This document shows, piece by piece, positions 8,230 to 17,251 of a DNA stretch of 64,000 nt. Position 1 is the first letter of the stretch, and every line of letters starts with the position of its first letter. The position numbers were made by a program, and so were the translations under genes. Below the pieces are notes generated by a model, which was not told the origin of the DNA, made no database searches, and was given only the letters and a program-made list of their open reading frames with translations. Source of the stretch: Candidatus Falkowbacteria bacterium (GTDB lineage: Bacteria; Patescibacteriota; Patescibacteriia; Patescibacteriales; UBA12465); contig JBAXJX010000001.1 in NCBI GenBank assembly GCA_037137655.1, positions 289,188 through 353,187 on the forward strand, written 5' to 3'.

Positions 8230-8747
8230 CCATGGCCGATGGTGATGTTGCGCAAATTCCAGTTAAAAGTCAGACAGCTTCTTCTGATGAGCGTCAAGTT
8301 GATCAAGTATCTGTAAATGATAAGCAAAAAATTGTTCAAGATCGACCAGCTGGAGTTAACGTTCCCGCTAAGGCTGGTTTGAGTATTGATGGATTAAAAG
8401 TTGGTGATAGATACAATAGGGACTTTATGATTATTAAAATTTTGCCACTTGATAAAGCTAGACCGGTGGGTGATGATAATTTTGCAATTTCTTATGCTGG
8501 CATGACCTCTGTTACTGGTAATTATACTTGTGATCCTTCTGGTTTTTCAACCCTAATTCCGGATACTATGGAAGGGTTGCCAATTATATCTGGTAGTAAT
8601 TCTTATGATATTCTTTTCCCTAAAGCGCACTGCAATAAGTTTCCTAAAAATCATGCGACAATTACTTTTAAAGATTTTGTTTTGCAATCTGTTGGTGATG
8701 ATATTACAGCTTACTCTAATGAAATTTTAGTCGAGCTTTTTAAATAG
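8142..8747 (+). CDS. Lipoprotein, unknown function (paralog of ORF 23344-23877)
   Basis: 201 aa. Signal/lipobox nearly identical to the preceding gene. The mature domain shares VTGNY...PDTMxGLP...FPK...ATI...VLQS with ORF 23344-23877. Confidence 0.8.
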   Translation: MKHSLKILLGIILPALFLSGCSAVSIQTQTMADGDVAQIPVKSQTASSDERQVDQVSVNDKQKIVQDRPAGVNVPAKAGLSIDGLKVGDRYNRDFMIIKILPLDKARPVGDDNFAISYAGMTSVTGNYTCDPSGFSTLIPDTMEGLPIISGSNSYDILFPKAHCNKFPKNHATITFKDFVLQSVGDDITAYSNEILVELFK

Positions 8748-8826
8748 TCTTGCGTACTTAAAGAAGATCTGGTTTTCGTCTGGTCTTTTTTGTTAATTCC
8801 AATATTATCGCTTTGTTGTCAACGTC

Positions 8827-8855
8827 TTTTAAAAAGTATTTTTCTCCTGTATAAT
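8827..8855 (+). promoter_or_regulatory. Promoter of dnaX; -10 TATAAT lies 8 nt before the ATG (leaderless-type)
   Basis: tataat 8850-8855, preceded by tg; weak -35 ttttaa 8827-8832; ATG at 8864. Confidence 0.45.
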
Positions 8856-8863
8856 GTTCCTAT

Positions 8864-10486
8864 ATGGCAACATTATATCGACAATATCGCCCACAAAATT
8901 TCGCTGAGATTTTAGGACAAAACTACGTCAAAACAATTTTACAAAATGAGATAGGAAGCGGCAATATTGCGCACGCCTATCTTTTTTGCGGTCCACGCGC
9001 AGTTGGTAAAACCACTATGGCGCGTGTTTTGGCGAAAGCGGTTAATTGTTTGAATATTAAAGCAGGTGAATTTGAGCCTTGTGATAAATGTGATAACTGT
9101 TTAAGTATTAATAACGGACGGAATTTGGATATTATTGAAATTGATGCAGCATCTAACACTGGCGTGGATAATGTCCGCGAAAATATTATTAGTTCTAGCC
9201 GGGTTGGTTCTCCAACCAATAAATATAAGGTCTTCATTATCGATGAAGTGCACATGCTTTCGATTTCGGCTTTTAATGCTTTGCTTAAAGTTTTAGAGGA
9301 ACCACCGACTCATGTGATTTTTGTGCTATGTACAACAGAACTTCATAAAATTCCGAGTACCATTATTTCTCGTTGCCAACGCTTTGACTTTAAACGTCTT
9401 AGTGTTTTGGATATGGTGCAAAAAATGAAGCATATTGTAGAATTGGAGAAGATTGAAGTGGAAGACGGCGTGCTCGAAGCCGTGGCGCGTCACAGTGATG
9501 GTTATATGCGTGATGCTGAAAGTTTACTGGGACAAATCATGGCCATTGGCGAGCATAAGATTACCCGGGCTGACGTTGACTTAGTTATTCCACGTAGTGA
9601 CTTTGCGGAGATTATAAAATTAATTGAACATTTAAATAATAAAGATGCGGCCAAGGCAATTGCTTTAGTCAACGCCCTGTTTAATGATGGCTTTAATTTG
9701 AAAAGTTTTTTATTGGATGCAGTTGAGGTTTTGCGCAAAATGATGCTGGATAAATTAAGTCCGAATTTAGCTAATAATCTTGGTTTGGATTATGGTGATA
9801 GCTTGGAAATTGAAATCAATAATTTAAACGCGACTTTAAAATTAGAACAAATTGCGCTTTATGCGGAAACTTTTAGTGCTGCGATTAATGATTTGAAATA
9901 TAGTGCTATCATTCAATTACCACTCGAAATCGCCATTATTAATTTGTGCTCCGCTGTTAAGATAGTGCCGGAAATTGTAACTACTACGATTAGTGCGAAG
10001 CTTGTACCAAGCACACCAAGCGCACCAGTTAACCAAGGAAATTTTGTTAAAGAAGAAGTGAAGATTACTCCGGTTAAAGTGGTCTTGAAAGATTCTGCTT
10101 CAGTTTCCACAGATTTAATTACTGAAAGATGGAACGAGGTGCTATTGAAAGTAAAACCGATTAATCATTCTTTATATTTTGTATTGCAGTCATCTCGGGT
10201 TGATAGCTTTGTTGATAATGTTATTAACTTGGCGTTTAAATATAAGTTTCATAAAGATCGGATCATGAGTCCGGAAGTAAAAACTAGTTTGGAAAATATT
10301 CTAGTTGAGGTTTATAGCGCTAATTTAAGTATTAACGCAACACTTGATGAAAATTTGGATTTATCAGCGGTGGTAGTAGAGGAATCTGCGCTACCAGCGC
10401 CATCTACTCCAGTAGAAACAGTCAAAAAAGATGACAGTATTATTAATAATATTTTAAATACTTTTGGCGGGGAAATCGTCAATTAA
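8864..10486 (+). CDS. dnaX: DNA polymerase III subunit gamma/tau
   Basis: 540 aa. RPQNFAEILGQ, Walker A GPRAVGKTT, Walker B IIDEVHML, SRCQRF sensor motif. Confidence 0.95.
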   Translation: MATLYRQYRPQNFAEILGQNYVKTILQNEIGSGNIAHAYLFCGPRAVGKTTMARVLAKAVNCLNIKAGEFEPCDKCDNCLSINNGRNLDIIEIDAASNTGVDNVRENIISSSRVGSPTNKYKVFIIDEVHMLSISAFNALLKVLEEPPTHVIFVLCTTELHKIPSTIISRCQRFDFKRLSVLDMVQKMKHIVELEKIEVEDGVLEAVARHSDGYMRDAESLLGQIMAIGEHKITRADVDLVIPRSDFAEIIKLIEHLNNKDAAKAIALVNALFNDGFNLKSFLLDAVEVLRKMMLDKLSPNLANNLGLDYGDSLEIEINNLNATLKLEQIALYAETFSAAINDLKYSAIIQLPLEIAIINLCSAVKIVPEIVTTTISAKLVPSTPSAPVNQGNFVKEEVKITPVKVVLKDSASVSTDLITERWNEVLLKVKPINHSLYFVLQSSRVDSFVDNVINLAFKYKFHKDRIMSPEVKTSLENILVEVYSANLSINATLDENLDLSAVVVEESALPAPSTPVETVKKDDSIINNILNTFGGEIVN

Positions 10487-10495
10487 AATAAAATT

Positions 10496-11767
10496 ATGTT
10501 AGATTTAAAATTTATCCGCGAAAATGCGGAATTGGTAAAAAAGAATTGTGCGGATCGCTTGGTTAATGTGAATGTTGATTTGCTTTTGGAGCTTGATGCA
10601 AAAAAACGCGAGACCGAGAATGCGATTGATAATTTGCGCGCCGAACGTAATAAATTTTCTAAAACAAAACCAACGCCGGAAATTATTGAACAGATGAAAG
10701 CGGTGGGTGAACAGATTAAGGAAAAAGAAGAAGAGTTGATTGGTTTGGAAATCGGCGTGAAAGAAATTTGGTATTCTATTCCAAATTTAACTCATCCGGA
10801 TGTGCATGTGTCTGACAACGAAGATGACAATCCAGTTTTGGAAATTTTTAAAGAGCCGACTAAGTTTGTTTTTACACCAAAAGATCATGTGGAAATTGCC
10901 GAGGCTTTAGACTTGGTAGATTTTGATCGCGCCACTAAAGTTTCGGGAGCCAAGTTTTATTATTTGAAAAATGAATTAGCGTTAATGGAATTCGCTTTAA
11001 TTCAATACGCGCTCGAGATTGCTTTGAAACATGGCTTTACGCCGATGACTACTCCGGATATTGCCAAGCGGGAAGTGTTGGAAGGTTTAGGCTTTAATCC
11101 CCGCGGTGAATCAACCCAGATTTATAATATTGAAAATTCCGATTTAAGTTTAATTGGAACGGCTGAAATTACTTTGGGTGGTTTACATCAAGAAGAAGTT
11201 TTTGCGCCAATTGAATTGCCGAAAAAATATATCGGTGTGTCACATTGTTTCCGCACTGAAGCGGGATCTTATTCTAAATTTTCCAAAGGTATTTTCCGTG
11301 TCCACCAATTTACTAAGATTGAAATGTTTGCTTACGCCATGCCGGAAGACAGTGAAAAAGTCCATCAAGAATTATTGGCAGTGGAAAAAGCTATCTTTGG
11401 CGGCTTAGATATTCCATTCCGCGTCATTGATCATTGTACGGCTGATTTGGGCGGTCCATCAATTCGGACTTATGATTTAGAAGCCTGGATGCCAGGGAAG
11501 CCGGCAGCGAGCGGGGAAATGGGAGAATGGGGAGAAATTACCTCGACTTCCAATTGTACTGATTACCAAGCCCGGGGACTAAATATTAAATATAAAGATG
11601 CTGATGGTAATAAAGGTTTTGTTCATACCTTGAATGGCACCGCAATTGCGATTACCCGCGCCATGATCGCCATTTTGGAAAATTACCAACAAGCTGATGG
11701 TTCTGTGTTAATTCCCGAAGCTTTACAGAAATATTTCCCAAATAATTTGAAAGAAATTAGAAGATAA
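10496..11767 (+). CDS. serS: Seryl-tRNA synthetase
   Basis: 423 aa. N-terminal coiled-coil arm and class II core (HCFRTEAGS, LNGTAIAITRAMIAILENYQ). Confidence 0.97.
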   Translation: MLDLKFIRENAELVKKNCADRLVNVNVDLLLELDAKKRETENAIDNLRAERNKFSKTKPTPEIIEQMKAVGEQIKEKEEELIGLEIGVKEIWYSIPNLTHPDVHVSDNEDDNPVLEIFKEPTKFVFTPKDHVEIAEALDLVDFDRATKVSGAKFYYLKNELALMEFALIQYALEIALKHGFTPMTTPDIAKREVLEGLGFNPRGESTQIYNIENSDLSLIGTAEITLGGLHQEEVFAPIELPKKYIGVSHCFRTEAGSYSKFSKGIFRVHQFTKIEMFAYAMPEDSEKVHQELLAVEKAIFGGLDIPFRVIDHCTADLGGPSIRTYDLEAWMPGKPAASGEMGEWGEITSTSNCTDYQARGLNIKYKDADGNKGFVHTLNGTAIAITRAMIAILENYQQADGSVLIPEALQKYFPNNLKEIRR

Positions 11768-11787
11768 CTGAAGAATACTAAGAATAT

Positions 11788-11819
11788 AAAAACCACTTTT
11801 TAAAAAAAAGTGGTTTTTT
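11788..11819 (+). terminator. Rho-independent terminator after serS
   Basis: aaaaaccac ... gtggttttt hairpin followed by a T-run. Confidence 0.75.
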
Positions 11820-11843
11820 GTTAAAATAATCATCGTAAGCTTA

Positions 11844-12200
11844 CTTATGAAATACCGCACCTGAAGCGGGCGAAGCTTTCTTGGAAAATTTGAGCGTTAG
11901 CGAAATTTTTTCAAAAAGATTTGCACGCTTCACCCCACACAGTTAACGGCATTCTACCGAAGATTATTAAAAGCACCATTTTCTTTTTATATTAATAAAT
12001 AACCGTCTTCTCAGTCTTCGGTATCTCGGCTTGAATAAGCTAATCTATATAATTTCGCTTCGTCTTTCGACTTCGCTTTCTTCAACGCTTTTATCTTCTG
12101 GGGCGAATCTGGCAAAACTTTTGAAAAAAGATCTCACTAACGTTCGAACTTTTTTAAAAGTTTCGTCCAGCTTCGGATACGGTGGCTCGGTGAGGGCTTT
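11844..12200. repeat. Nested-hairpin intergenic element, copy 1 (MITE-like or structured RNA/ssDNA element)
   Basis: Two ~75-nt arms (11860-11937, 12099-12185) are inverted copies of each other, and each is a hairpin. Core 11860-12022 is the reverse complement of 51030-51192 (151/163 identical, ungapped, hand count). Confidence 0.85.
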
Positions 12201-12208
12201 TTACTTGA

Positions 12209-12237
12209 TTGACAAAACATTATTAAATTAGTAATAT
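12209..12237 (+). promoter_or_regulatory. Sigma70-type promoter TTGACA-N17-TAATAT
   Basis: ttgaca 12209-12214, taatat 12232-12237; upstream of the DUF488 gene. Confidence 0.65.
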
Positions 12238-12271
12238 TTTATATTCTTTAACAATTTAACAGCGTTGTATT

Positions 12272-12667
12272 ATGTTAAAAACTAGATGTATTAAAAGTAC
12301 CCGGCAAACTGATGATGGCTGGCGCATTTCTATTATGAGTCGACATACTAAGAATGATGGCGTTACTCCTGATGAAGATATCACTAACGATTCTTATGAT
12401 GAGTGGTGGTCGAAATTAAGCCCGGCGCCAAAATTAGTTGGTGATTATTATCGAGGAACTTTATCTTGGGAAGATTTTGCCATAAAATTCAACGAATTTC
12501 TAAAGCAACCAAACACTCATGATAAGCTAATGGTATTAGTTAGCTTGGCAAAAGTTAGGAATATTACTATTTTATGTATAGAAGATGGTCCGGAATATTG
12601 TCATCGGCGATTAGTGGCTGAAAGGTGCTTAGAGTTAGATAACACACTAGAACTTGTTATCGAATGA
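12272..12667 (+). CDS. DUF488 family protein
   Basis: 131 aa. W..LSPAPKL, W..F...F...L and ILCIE.....CHRRLVAE are the DUF488 pattern. TGA stop. Confidence 0.8.
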   Translation: MLKTRCIKSTRQTDDGWRISIMSRHTKNDGVTPDEDITNDSYDEWWSKLSPAPKLVGDYYRGTLSWEDFAIKFNEFLKQPNTHDKLMVLVSLAKVRNITILCIEDGPEYCHRRLVAERCLELDNTLELVIE

Positions 12668-12681
12668 GATTGATTTTTATT

Positions 12682-12712
12682 AACCGTGGTAAATTATACC
12701 GCGGTTTTTTAT
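12682..12712 (+). terminator. Rho-independent terminator
   Basis: aaccgtggta / taccgcggtt 10-bp stem (one G.U), 5-nt loop, T-run. Confidence 0.75.
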
Positions 12713-12726
12713 TTTTCCGCCCAGAT

Positions 12727-12755
12727 TTGACATTTCTCAAAATTTAGTTTAAACT
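12727..12755 (+). promoter_or_regulatory. Sigma70-type promoter TTGACA-N17-TAAACT (typA)
   Basis: ttgaca 12727-12732; taaact 12750-12755. Confidence 0.55.
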
Positions 12756-12818
12756 CTAGTTATTAAATTTTTTATTAAGAAATTGCGCCACGACGCGTAA
12801 TTTTTTTATGTTTATTCT

Positions 12819-14609
12819 ATGGAAATCAGAAACATTGCAATTATTGCTCACGTTGATCATGGTAAGACTACTTTGACTGACGCCTTAATGCGCCAAACCG
12901 GTTCATCTAGTGATGATGAGGTTAGTATGGACTCTAATGATTTAGAGCGCGAACGCGGCATTACTATTTATTCGAAAAATACCTCAGTTTTTTACGCGGG
13001 TACTAAAATCAACATCGTAGATACTCCGGGTCACGCCGACTTCAGTTCTGAAGTGGAGCGTATTTTGCGTTCGATCGATTGCGTTTTATTGTTAGTTGAT
13101 GCACAAGAAGGTCCTATGCCTCAAACTAAATTCGTATTAAAGAAGTCTTTGGAATTGGGTTTGATGCCAATCGTGGTTATTAACAAAATTGACAAACCAG
13201 CCGCTCGTCCAGCTGAGGTAGTGGAAATGGTTTATGAATTATTCTTAGATTTAGGCGCAACTGACGAACAATTGGATTTTCCAGTAGTTTACGCTATCTC
13301 TAAGCAAGGTATCGCTAAAACTCGTTTAGAGGATGAATCAACTAATCTTGATCCAATGTTAGATTTGATCTTAACTCACGTTAAAGCTTCATCTAGCCCA
13401 GCCCTTGAAACAGAGGAATTATTAGCTCAACCTTTTAACTTAGCTTATGATAACTTTTTAGGTCGTTGTGCAATTTGTCGTATTTATAAAGGTACATTAA
13501 GAGCCGCGCAAGAAGTGGTAATTAAAAATGGCGCTGGTGAAAATCGCAAACGCAAAATTACAAAATTATTTAGTTTCTCTGGTTTAGTTCGTAAAGAAGT
13601 AACTGAAGCTGTGGCTGGCGATATCGTGATGGTAGCTGGTTTACCAGACATCTATATTGGTGAAACTATTTGTGCTAACGAAGCTCAAAATGCTTTACCG
13701 GCTATTAAGATTGATGAGCCAACAATTTCCTTGAATTTCTTGGTTAATAACTCACCTTTTGCTGGTCGCGAAGGTAAATTTGTGACTAATCGTCAAATCA
13801 AAGAAAGATTAGAAAAAGAATTGGAAGTTAACGTTGGTTTGAAAATTGACTTTTCTGATGCTAATTTCTATAAAGTTTTTGGTCGCGGTGAATTACACGT
13901 GGCGATTTTATTGGAAAACTTACGTCGCGAAGGTTACGAATTACAAGTTTCTCAACCCCAAGTTATTATTAAAGAAGAAAATGGTGTAACTGTTGAGCCG
14001 TTTGAAGAAGTAACAATTGATGTTCCTGAAGCAGTGTCCGGCGTGGTAATCGAAAAGATTTCTAAACGTCGTGGCCAAATGACTAGTATTAAAACCCAAA
14101 ATGGCCAAACTCGTCTATTATTCGACGTGCCAACTCGTGGTTTACTTGGTTACCGTAATGAATTTGTGGTTGATACTCGCGGTGAAGGTATTTTATGTTC
14201 TCATTTTTTAGGTTTCCGCCCTCATGTGGGTAATATTGAACGCAGCGAACTTGGTTCCATGATTTCTATGGTAACTGGTAAAGCTCTAGCTTATTCTTTG
14301 TGGAATTTGCAAGAACGCGGCAATTTGTACATTGGACCGAACGTAGAAGTTTACGAAGGTATGGTGCTTGGCAGTGTGTCTAAAGGTAATGATATGACTG
14401 TTAATCCAATTAAAGGTAAACAACTTACTAATGTGCGTGCTTCTGGTTCTGATGAAGCGATCAAATTAATTCCACCGGTGGAATTGAGTTTGGAAATTGG
14501 TCTAAGTATTATGAATGCCGATGAATACTTAGAAGTAACTCCAAAGAGCATCCGTTTACGTAAGAGACTTTTAACTGAAGTTGAAAGAAATCGCTCTAAA
14601 AGATCATAA
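12819..14609 (+). CDS. typA: Translational GTPase TypA/BipA
   Basis: 596 aa. AHVDHGKTTL (G1), DTPGHADF (G3), NKID (G4); BipA-type length and C-terminal domain. Confidence 0.97.
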   Translation: MEIRNIAIIAHVDHGKTTLTDALMRQTGSSSDDEVSMDSNDLERERGITIYSKNTSVFYAGTKINIVDTPGHADFSSEVERILRSIDCVLLLVDAQEGPMPQTKFVLKKSLELGLMPIVVINKIDKPAARPAEVVEMVYELFLDLGATDEQLDFPVVYAISKQGIAKTRLEDESTNLDPMLDLILTHVKASSSPALETEELLAQPFNLAYDNFLGRCAICRIYKGTLRAAQEVVIKNGAGENRKRKITKLFSFSGLVRKEVTEAVAGDIVMVAGLPDIYIGETICANEAQNALPAIKIDEPTISLNFLVNNSPFAGREGKFVTNRQIKERLEKELEVNVGLKIDFSDANFYKVFGRGELHVAILLENLRREGYELQVSQPQVIIKEENGVTVEPFEEVTIDVPEAVSGVVIEKISKRRGQMTSIKTQNGQTRLLFDVPTRGLLGYRNEFVVDTRGEGILCSHFLGFRPHVGNIERSELGSMISMVTGKALAYSLWNLQERGNLYIGPNVEVYEGMVLGSVSKGNDMTVNPIKGKQLTNVRASGSDEAIKLIPPVELSLEIGLSIMNADEYLEVTPKSIRLRKRLLTEVERNRSKRS

Positions 14610-14634
14610 AATATACTGTCTTTTTTTAAGAAAA

Positions 14635-14661
14635 GTCTGACCTTCGGGTCAGGCTTTTTTT
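14635..14661 (+). terminator. Rho-independent terminator after typA
   Basis: gtctgacc ttcg ggtcaggc followed by ttttttt. Confidence 0.85.
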
Positions 14662-14682
14662 ATTTCCCCTAAACAATTTCTA

Positions 14683-14691
14683 TGATATAAT
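14683..14691 (+). promoter_or_regulatory. Extended -10 TGaTATAAT, 6 nt before the ATG (leaderless-type)
   Basis: tgatataat 14683-14691; ATG at 14698. Confidence 0.5.
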
Positions 14692-14697
14692 AATTTT

Positions 14698-16176
14698 ATG
14701 ACTAAAATTGCTAACATTGCTAAAAACACATCATATTTAACCATCGCCCTGATTTTGCAAAAGGTGATTTCTTTTTCGTACTTTGCAATTTTAGCGCGCG
14801 CTCTTGGCCCGGAAAATCTCGGTAAATATTATTTTGCCATTTCTTTTACGACTATTTTTGCGATTTTTATCGATCTTGGTTTTATAAATTATTTAACCAG
14901 GGAAGTAGCTAAAAAGCAGGAAGAGGCGATGCGTCTAATTGGTAGTATTTTTGGTTTTAAAATTTTGCTTTCAATCTTAACTGTGGCAGCGGTAATATTC
15001 TTTACTAATTTTTTAGAGAGCGATCCTTTAACACGAAATTTGGTTTATATTTCGATGATTTCGATGGTGCTCGATTCTTTTTCGACCACTTTTTTTGCGG
15101 TGATTCGCGGTTTTCATAATTTGAAGTATGAAAGTATTTCCTCGGTAATTTTTCAATTGATTGTTTTGGTTTTTGGTTGCTTGGCCTTAAATTTTAATAT
15201 GGGCTTGCAAGTTGTAATTAGTACTTTAGCTTTAGCATCTCTGTATAATTTTATTTATTCACTTTTTGCTTTGCGCTATAAAATCGGTGTAAAGTTTAAA
15301 TTGGCGTTAGATAAAAATTTAATTATAACAACCTTTAGATCAAGCTGGCCGTTTGCCTTGTTTGCGATTTACCAAAGATTTTATACTTACATTGATTCAA
15401 TTTTATTATCATATTTTGCCGGTGATTATTTTGTTGGTATTTATCAAGTGGCTTTTAAAATAATTTTTGCCTTACAGTTTTTACCGATGGCTTTTACGGC
15501 GACGCTATACCCAGCTATGAGTGCTTATTGGCAAAATAATCGACCACAATTAACAATTGCTTTTGAACGGGCTATAAATTATTTATTGATAATCTCATTG
15601 CCGATTTCTTTTTTTGCTATAATTGCGGCTGATAAAATTGTATTGATTTTTAAGGCTGAATATTTATCAGCGATTGTGCCAATTCAAATTCAATTAGCCT
15701 CTTTAATTTTTGTGTTTTTAAGTTTTCCGGTCGGTTCATTGCTTAATGCTTGTGATCGACAAAAGAAAAATACCAATATTATGTTAATGGCGATGATGGC
15801 CAGTATCGTTTTAAATGTTTTATTGATTCCGTCCTTAAAGGCGACAGGTGCTTGTATTTCTGATTTGTTAACTAATGCTCTTATTTTTATATTTGGCATG
15901 CGCTTGGTTTGGAAAATTATTCCATATAATTACAAAAATAATACCACGGTGTTTTTGAAAGCTCTGGGGGCTTCCGTTGTCATGGCTTTGTTCACATTTT
16001 TTGCTAAAGAGTATTTTAATATTATTCTTGTCGCCCTATTAGCAATACCGCTTTATTTTGGCGCTCTCTTTGTTTTTGGTGGTATTGCCAAGGCTGATAT
16101 TGAATATATTATAAATTCTTTTCGCCGTAAGAGTAACGATATTGATCCGGCTAAATTAAGTGAGGAAAATTTATGA
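14698..16176 (+). CDS. Polysaccharide flippase (Wzx/MOP superfamily)
   Basis: 492 aa, about 12-14 TM helices, with Polysacc_synt-like N-terminal pattern; first gene of a glycan operon. Confidence 0.8.
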   Translation: MTKIANIAKNTSYLTIALILQKVISFSYFAILARALGPENLGKYYFAISFTTIFAIFIDLGFINYLTREVAKKQEEAMRLIGSIFGFKILLSILTVAAVIFFTNFLESDPLTRNLVYISMISMVLDSFSTTFFAVIRGFHNLKYESISSVIFQLIVLVFGCLALNFNMGLQVVISTLALASLYNFIYSLFALRYKIGVKFKLALDKNLIITTFRSSWPFALFAIYQRFYTYIDSILLSYFAGDYFVGIYQVAFKIIFALQFLPMAFTATLYPAMSAYWQNNRPQLTIAFERAINYLLIISLPISFFAIIAADKIVLIFKAEYLSAIVPIQIQLASLIFVFLSFPVGSLLNACDRQKKNTNIMLMAMMASIVLNVLLIPSLKATGACISDLLTNALIFIFGMRLVWKIIPYNYKNNTTVFLKALGASVVMALFTFFAKEYFNIILVALLAIPLYFGALFVFGGIAKADIEYIINSFRRKSNDIDPAKLSEENL

Positions 16177-17249
16177 AGACATTACTTTTTACATTAGAAT
16201 ATGAACCATTTAAAGGTGGTGTGGCTAACTACTATAAGAACTTGGTTATTAATTGGCCGGAACCAGATAATATTTCGGTGCTGTATAAAAATTATTTAGG
16301 CCGACGCTTAAAACATTTATTTTATTTACGTGACTTGTATCGTGAATATCGAAGATCTAAATTCGACTACATTTTAGTTGGTCAGCTTATGCCACTAGGG
16401 TCGGTGGTTTATTTATTTGCTAAAATTTTTAAAGTTAAATATGCCGTTTTTATCCATGGCATGGAAATTTCACCTTATTTGGCTGGCGGTAAAAAGGCGG
16501 CGTTGGTTCAAAAAATATTACGGCAAGCTGATAAAATAATTACGCCTAATAATTTTACAGCTGAATTAATTAAAAAAGTCTTAATTAATAATTTAGAAAA
16601 AATTGTAGTAGTTAGTCCTGGAATATCAGGGCGACCAGAAGTAAACAAGGCTCGTGTGGCGCAGTTAAAAGAGCAATATGGTGTTGATGGAAAAAAAGTA
16701 GTGCTTAGTTTGGGGCGCTTGGTGAAACGTAAAGGTTTTGATACTGTGCTTGAGTCTTTAGAGACGATGACACTCGCGGAGCTAGAAAAAGTTATGTATG
16801 TTGTGGCTGGTGCCGGACCTGATAGTTATTACATGCAATCTCTTTTTTTGAAATATCCACGCCTTAAAGAACATGTGTTATTTTTAAGCGAAATTAGTGA
16901 TGACGATAAATGGTCCTGGCTTGATTTGTGTGATATATTTGTGATGCCAGCGCGTAATATCGCGGGCGATTTTGAAGGTTTTGGCATTGTTTATCTTGAA
17001 GCTAATTTGAGTCACAAGGCTGTGATTGCCGGTAGGGCTGGTGGTGTGCCTGATGCGGTTGTTGATGGTTTAAATGGTATTTTGGTTGATCCAGAAAATA
17101 GGGAAGAATTAAAGGTTAAAATTTTAGAACTTTTAAGTGATGTTAAATTACGACATGAACTGGCTGAGCGTGGCTACGAGCGGGTGATTAAAGATTTTAA
17201 ATGGAGTGATAAAATTACCCAAATTTACAAAGCGGTTAATTTTAAATAA
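16173..17249 (+). CDS. Glycosyltransferase family 4 (GT-B)
   Basis: 358 aa. C-terminal E(x7)E-type region FEGFGIVYLEA...GGVPDAV. ATGA overlap with the flippase gene. Confidence 0.85.
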   Translation: MKTLLFTLEYEPFKGGVANYYKNLVINWPEPDNISVLYKNYLGRRLKHLFYLRDLYREYRRSKFDYILVGQLMPLGSVVYLFAKIFKVKYAVFIHGMEISPYLAGGKKAALVQKILRQADKIITPNNFTAELIKKVLINNLEKIVVVSPGISGRPEVNKARVAQLKEQYGVDGKKVVLSLGRLVKRKGFDTVLESLETMTLAELEKVMYVVAGAGPDSYYMQSLFLKYPRLKEHVLFLSEISDDDKWSWLDLCDIFVMPARNIAGDFEGFGIVYLEANLSHKAVIAGRAGGVPDAVVDGLNGILVDPENREELKVKILELLSDVKLRHELAERGYERVIKDFKWSDKITQIYKAVNFK

Positions 17250-17251
17250 TT

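Noticed and set aside
8748-8863. Looked for an SRP (4.5S) RNA gene upstream of dnaX, a common bacterial linkage
   Set aside because: There is no GGAA/AGCA symmetric-loop helix-8 motif or suitable hairpin. The spacer holds only a weak hairpin and the dnaX promoter.
12031-12231. 66-aa track ORF inside the nested-hairpin element
   Set aside because: It is a low-complexity S/L-rich translation of the right arm. The homologous arm in copy 2 does not keep the frame, so the region is a DNA/RNA element rather than a gene.
12665-12667. Alternative genetic code (UGA recoding, as in some CPR lineages)
   Set aside because: UGA terminates well-supported genes (DUF488 at 12665-12667; the flippase at 16174-16176). 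No conserved protein requires read-through of an in-frame TGA, so the standard code 11 fits.
12756-12818. Hairpin plus T-run (ttgcgc...gcgtaattttttt) in the typA 5' UTR as an attenuator
   Set aside because: It has only a ~6-bp stem with a wobble pair. I could find no alternative pairing or leader ORF, so the evidence is too weak to call.
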